DNA from: Flavobacteriales bacterium
GTDB lineage: Bacteria; Bacteroidota; Bacteroidia; JACJYZ01
Direction of reading: 5' to 3'
NCBI GenBank assembly: GCA_020435415.1
Contig: JAGQZQ010000002.1
Span: 26,301 to 90,300, forward strand
Length of the DNA stretch: 64,000 nucleotides
The notes beneath the pieces were generated by a model, which was not told where the DNA came from, did no database searches, and was given only the letters and a program-made list of their open reading frames with translations. How positions within the stretch are numbered: the first letter of the stretch is position 1; every line of letters starts with the position of its first letter. Of this stretch, positions 61,001 through 64,000 are shown piece after piece. The translations under genes and the position numbers were made by a program.

Positions 61001-64000
61001 TCACCAGATCCGTTCCGGGATCGGCATTGGTGGGATTGGACAATGTAACTTCTATGGTTTCTTCCGCCTCCACCAAGGCATCATCTATGATATCAATACT
61101 GATATCTCCGGTTGTATCACCCGCCGCTATGGTGAGCGTACCATCAGCCAGGGTAAAGTCTACACCACTACCGGAGGCGGTGCCGCCGGTCACGGAATAA
61201 TCAACGGTCACATCAATTCCGGTCGGTGCAGACAAGATCACCGCCAAAAGAGCAGGTGAAGTATACTCATTGTTGCTTGATGTGAGCTGGGCAAACTCAA
61301 TTGTTGGTTTCGTATCATTATCCGTAATGGTATAGGTATAGGTGGTATTGGAGCTTAGCAGGTTACAATTCGAAGGACTATACAGAACCACGGTTATCGT
61401 TTCATCATCTTCATATGTGGCATCATCGGTAATGGCAATATCAAATGTAATGCTGTCTTCGTTGGCAGGAATGGTTGCGGTACCTGTAGCCAATACGTAA
61501 TCGCTTCCATTGACGGCCGTACCACCGGAAACGGCATACATCACGGTGGTCGGGTTCACCGCATCAACGGAGTTAATCTGGACGGTAACCGATACAGGAC
61601 TAACAGCTTCATCACCGCTCCCTGTGGTAGTTCTGAACGATACTTTCCGGGAGTTGTCATCATCATTGATACGCAGGGTATCCGAAACATTGTCACCTAT
61701 TTCTATTCCCGAGGTCGGATTTGACAGCGTAACCACCATGGTTTCATCGGACTCCACTTCCACATCATTAATGATGGACACATTCAGGTTGGTGGTAGTA
61801 TTCCCTGCAAGAATAGTGGCTGTTCCATCTGCAAACACGTAGTCTACATTAGGTGTGGCTGTACCGGAGGTTACGGCATAATCCACGGTTACATCAGCAT
61901 CCAGTGCAAAACTCAGAGATATTTGCATGGTGGCCGGACTGTTGGGTTCGAATTTACTTGAACTCACTGACGTGAATTGGATAATTGGTCTTACAACGGC
62001 TATTGCCAAATAATTACCATCCGAAACGGAAACGTTACTGGCCTGGTAATTGCTCCCTCCGGTGTTACTCATCGGATAAAGGGTGGCTCCTGAGGAGAAA
62101 TTCCCGTCTGCATCCACCAGCAGAAAGTATCTTGTATAACCGGACGGGCGTGCAGGAAGGTCGGTCGTATCTATTCCGATACTCACATTCCCCACATCAC
62201 CGGTTTCATCAAGTCTCCACTCCCTGGCCAAACGCTGAATATTTGTTCCGGCATTAGGCGCTTCTGCGGTTGTCCAGGTGGTAATATCGCCTTTGTCATG
62301 ACCAAAAAGGAGGTAGTCGCCATTGCCCAGAGAAGTGGCACTTCCTACTTTCAGGATGCCTGCGGATTGTGCCGCCAGGTGTTCATTGGAAGCATCCTCA
62401 CGGCCGATTCCCGCAACATCATTCTTATGGCTGGCGTCATAACCATAACGGTCATTTGCAATGGACACACCATATTTTGAGGACAGGTAATTATTCACAA
62501 TGATCTGTTGAGCATCGTTCAGCAAGGTGTTGTACAGAATAACCTCGGCAATCGCACCGCTGTAGTAACCCCAGGCGTTATGCCCACCCAGCACCATTCC
62601 TGTTTCCCAGTTGAAATCAGACGCACTCTTGCTACCGGTTTTCACACTCGTTTCGTCGATGTATATCTCCTGCCCCACTCCGTTGGTAACCATCCACTCG
62701 GCAATATGGGTATTGTTGTCATTGTAACTGGTGGCAGTACTAATGGTTTCATCGCTCCATATTCTGCTACTCATCTTGTTTGCCTTCAACCCGAACTGGC
62801 GGTCATGGGAACCACCCGAATAGCTTACAGGATCCGTAATGGCAGTAAAACATCCGTCACCATCACTTGATTTGAAGATCACAAACTGTGTGTAATTGGT
62901 CTCAGGAATATCTCCTGTTGTGATCCCCATCCAATCCGCACTGCCGTCAAAAGTCATTACACTTTGACCGTTGATGCTGTTGGTGGTTAAGGTGGGCTGA
63001 CTGCCGCCGGTGGTTTGCACCGCATCATTGCCATTGCCGGAACGATCGTGCCATTCTTCCACACTTTCACCGTCAGATGCCTCTGTGGTACCCGCATCGT
63101 TGTACACGTTATCATTGGCCGACAGCCATATCTTATTGGAATTTTCATCCCCTACACCGCCGGGTCCGGTAAAGCCGGTATTATCGTCATCACTGATCGT
63201 AAACTCGTGCGTTGTCTGACTTCCCAACGTCGCATTACCAGGGTTTGACAGGGTGATTGTGAAACTTTCACCACCTTCTTCAATGGCATCGTTGATGATC
63301 TGAGGGGAAATAAAATAGTAACTGCTGTCTTTGGGGATCGTTAGTGTTCCATCCGCAAGAGTATAGTCTACACCACCACCGGTTGCAGTTCCCGGCGTGA
63401 TCGTATAATCCACCGTAATGTCCTGTCCTGCAACAGTAGAAACCTTCACCTGGATATTTGCAGGACTTATACTTTCCAGTCCGCTGGATGCGGCCAATGC
63501 AAATTCTACCTCCGGTTCAGTATCATTATCATTAATGGTATATGTGAATGACGTGGTAGCACCCAGGTTGGCGTTTATTGGATTGGAAAGTGAAATTACA
63601 ATGGTCTCATCAGCTTCATCCAGTCCATCCTCGTTGATAAATATATCCACCGTCACATTATTATCTCCGGCAGCAATCGTTGCAGTACCGTCCGCCAGGA
63701 TATAGTCCACGCCTCCACCCGTTGCACTTCCTCCGGAAATGATATAATCCACCGTGGTTGGATTACTTCCATCCGTAAGGTTTATCTCCAAAGCGAACTG
63801 ACCGGGCGTTACACTTTCATCCCCATTGCCGGAGGCCGCACTGAACGTGATCTTACGTGGATTATCATCGTCATGAATGGTAAACGTATGCTGTGTGTTG
63901 GTGCCAAGCGTCCCCAGGGATGGATTGGACAATTCCACAATAAAATCCTCGTCATCTTCAATGTCTGTGTCATTGGTCAGGGGTACGCTGAGATCAACGG
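58077..64000 (-). CDS. Giant Calx-beta + LamG-like (concanavalin-type) repeat protein with T9SS C-terminal sorting domain, >1950 aa. Its 5' end is beyond the window.
   Basis: Multiple Calx-beta units (DDDxxR/K...ExF-type), two copies of a LamG-like module with WHDRSGNGNDA, and a C-terminal FPNPAKTTTYVML...GVYLV CTD. The ORF-track Met at 63938 is probably internal, because the open frame continues to 64000. Confidence 0.75.
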   Translation of the reverse strand, partial: VDLSVPLTNDTDIEDDEDFIVELSNPSLGTLGTNTQHTFTIHDDDNPRKITFSAASGNGDESVTPGQFALEINLTDGSNPTTVDYIISGGSATGGGVDYILADGTATIAAGDNNVTVDIFINEDGLDEADETIVISLSNPINANLGATTSFTYTINDNDTEPEVEFALAASSGLESISPANIQVKVSTVAGQDITVDYTITPGTATGGGVDYTLADGTLTIPKDSSYYFISPQIINDAIEEGGESFTITLSNPGNATLGSQTTHEFTISDDDNTGFTGPGGVGDENSNKIWLSANDNVYNDAGTTEASDGESVEEWHDRSGNGNDAVQTTGGSQPTLTTNSINGQSVMTFDGSADWMGITTGDIPETNYTQFVIFKSSDGDGCFTAITDPVSYSGGSHDRQFGLKANKMSSRIWSDETISTATSYNDNNTHIAEWMVTNGVGQEIYIDETSVKTGSKSASDFNWETGMVLGGHNAWGYYSGAIAEVILYNTLLNDAQQIIVNNYLSSKYGVSIANDRYGYDASHKNDVAGIGREDASNEHLAAQSAGILKVGSATSLGNGDYLLFGHDKGDITTWTTAEAPNAGTNIQRLAREWRLDETGDVGNVSIGIDTTDLPARPSGYTRYFLLVDADGNFSSGATLYPMSNTGGSNYQASNVSVSDGNYLAIAVVRPIIQFTSVSSSKFEPNSPATMQISLSFALDADVTVDYAVTSGTATPNVDYVFADGTATILAGNTTTNLNVSIINDVEVESDETMVVTLSNPTSGIEIGDNVSDTLRINDDDNSRKVSFRTTTGSGDEAVSPVSVTVQINSVDAVNPTTVMYAVSGGTAVNGSDYVLATGTATIPANEDSITFDIAITDDATYEDDETITVVLYSPSNCNLLSSNTTYTYTITDNDTKPTIEFAQLTSSNNEYTSPALLAVILSAPTGIDVTVDYSVTGGTASGSGVDFTLADGTLTIAAGDTTGDISIDIIDDALVEAEETIEVTLSNPTNADPGTDLVTTLTINDDDNDGYVGPGGVGEATNNKIWLSANDYVYTDAGSTEATNGTAVQEWHDRSGNGNDAVQTTGGSQPTLVTNSINGQSVLTFDGTADWMSIVTSDIPETNYTEFVIFKSSDVTGPFTTIASPATYTGGAHDRQFGLSSNKLSSRIYNTEVISTASNYNDNTARIAEIQVTSGSGQELFINEASVKTGTKGGSDFNWEAGMVVGGHTAWGYYAGSIAEVILYNTVLNDAQQIIVNNYLSSKYGVTIVNDKFSYDAGHNYDVAGIGREDASNLHTAAQSAGMFLVHNASAMGDGEYLLFGHDDGAVDSWTSTEAPTASGSERIEREWRFGETGDVGTISVTIDTSLFDAKPAGYQAMMLAVDGDGDFSSGATMYPLIYVSGSNYRATSVAVADGDYMTVVVGQNITQQTGDFDDPTTWLIGIVPGTGEDALIATGHVVDLTANQSIGSLTINGTLNLNNKSLTVDLGTITNTGTFNAGTGTVNYGASGNQDVAALNYYKLTLSGSGTKTLAGNVDVDSDLLITGSGITLDVSGSNYDINLGGKWNNNGTFTPRSASVIFDGAGTQNLTANTAQTFTDLTISKSSGNVKLLRNTTINGVLDMSSGNLELGSFDLTMGASATISNGSSSSYIEADGIGVLKKIYTSVPAPAFTMPLGDVNDYSPFTFTLQDGTLGGLAYVTIKVKDSKHPNLSGTSDYISRYWVVTPSGISCNGACDEGAGDIEYDMSYTYVDADINGDESQYIAMKYSGGSWLTGGSVNTGTNTLTWNGVTSFSDMTGGDGDEALPIELLFFDAALNNDTVNVDWRTATETNNHFFTVERSKDGIHYEAIDTLEAAGNSQTIRHYATIDAHPYEGLSYYRLKQTDFDGKTETFAPVPVNNNDGSGASFMTIFPNPAKTTTYVMLERTSKQEEEVLVVLQDMFGKTHYSKVVFLSQAGSVILALDMLDKLKPGVYLVTGSSRYGIESKRLVVE
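58800..63170 (-). repeat. Internal ~2.2-kb tandem duplication (two ~720-aa Calx-beta/LamG modules at ~70% amino-acid identity)
   Basis: The GPGGVG(D/E)...NKIWLSAND...WHDRSGNGNDAVQTTGGSQPTL blocks occur twice. The mirrored plus-strand ORFs 60090..60662 and 62298..62870 lie 2208 bp apart. Confidence 0.75.

Overview
This is a 64-kb window from a Bacteroidetes-type chromosome. The evidence is T9SS C-terminal sorting domains, a CHU_C gliding-type C-terminal domain, SprB/PKD/HYR/Calx-beta adhesins, TAnnTTTG -7 promoter motifs and no Shine-Dalgarno reliance. The left ~11 kb is core: pckA (partial, minus strand, missed by the ORF track because it runs off the window), a DUF423 membrane protein, saccharopine dehydrogenase, rimM-rpsP, dnaE, trxA, DUF58, and a retropepsin-like DUF785 + AstE/AspA pair. 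Next come mscS, a MORN-repeat protein, and a divergent cluster of secreted proteins of unknown family (13292-18847) that I flag as the best candidate for an undescribed surface-fibre/secretion system. Its first gene is preceded by a (CAAA)n tetranucleotide SSR. After that come an arsR-arsM-aquaglyceroporin-arsC operon, a phage-tail-collar (MdpB-like) protein, an HYR-repeat T9SS protein, formyltransferase, FKBP, MFS transporter, MBL hydrolase, M13 peptidase, GT39 glycosyltransferase, and a frameshifted SprB/PKD/CHU_C adhesin. A ~14.8-kb block (42.97-57.81 kb) is bracketed by two ~200-bp inverted copies of a composite REP/SSR element. The block carries cspA-adjacent stress genes (alkA, osmC, sulP, marR), a BCCT transporter translationally coupled to glycine/sarcosine and sarcosine/dimethylglycine N-methyltransferases (de novo glycine betaine synthesis), three hypothetical proteins and a TonB-dependent receptor. 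The window ends in a >1950-aa Calx-beta/LamG T9SS protein that carries an internal ~2.2-kb tandem duplication and is truncated by the window edge. A dispersed family of heptamer (TAGTAGA) and octamer (GGTGATTT) tandem repeats marks many divergent promoter regions. No rRNA or tRNA genes, CRISPR arrays, or transposase/integrase genes were recognised.
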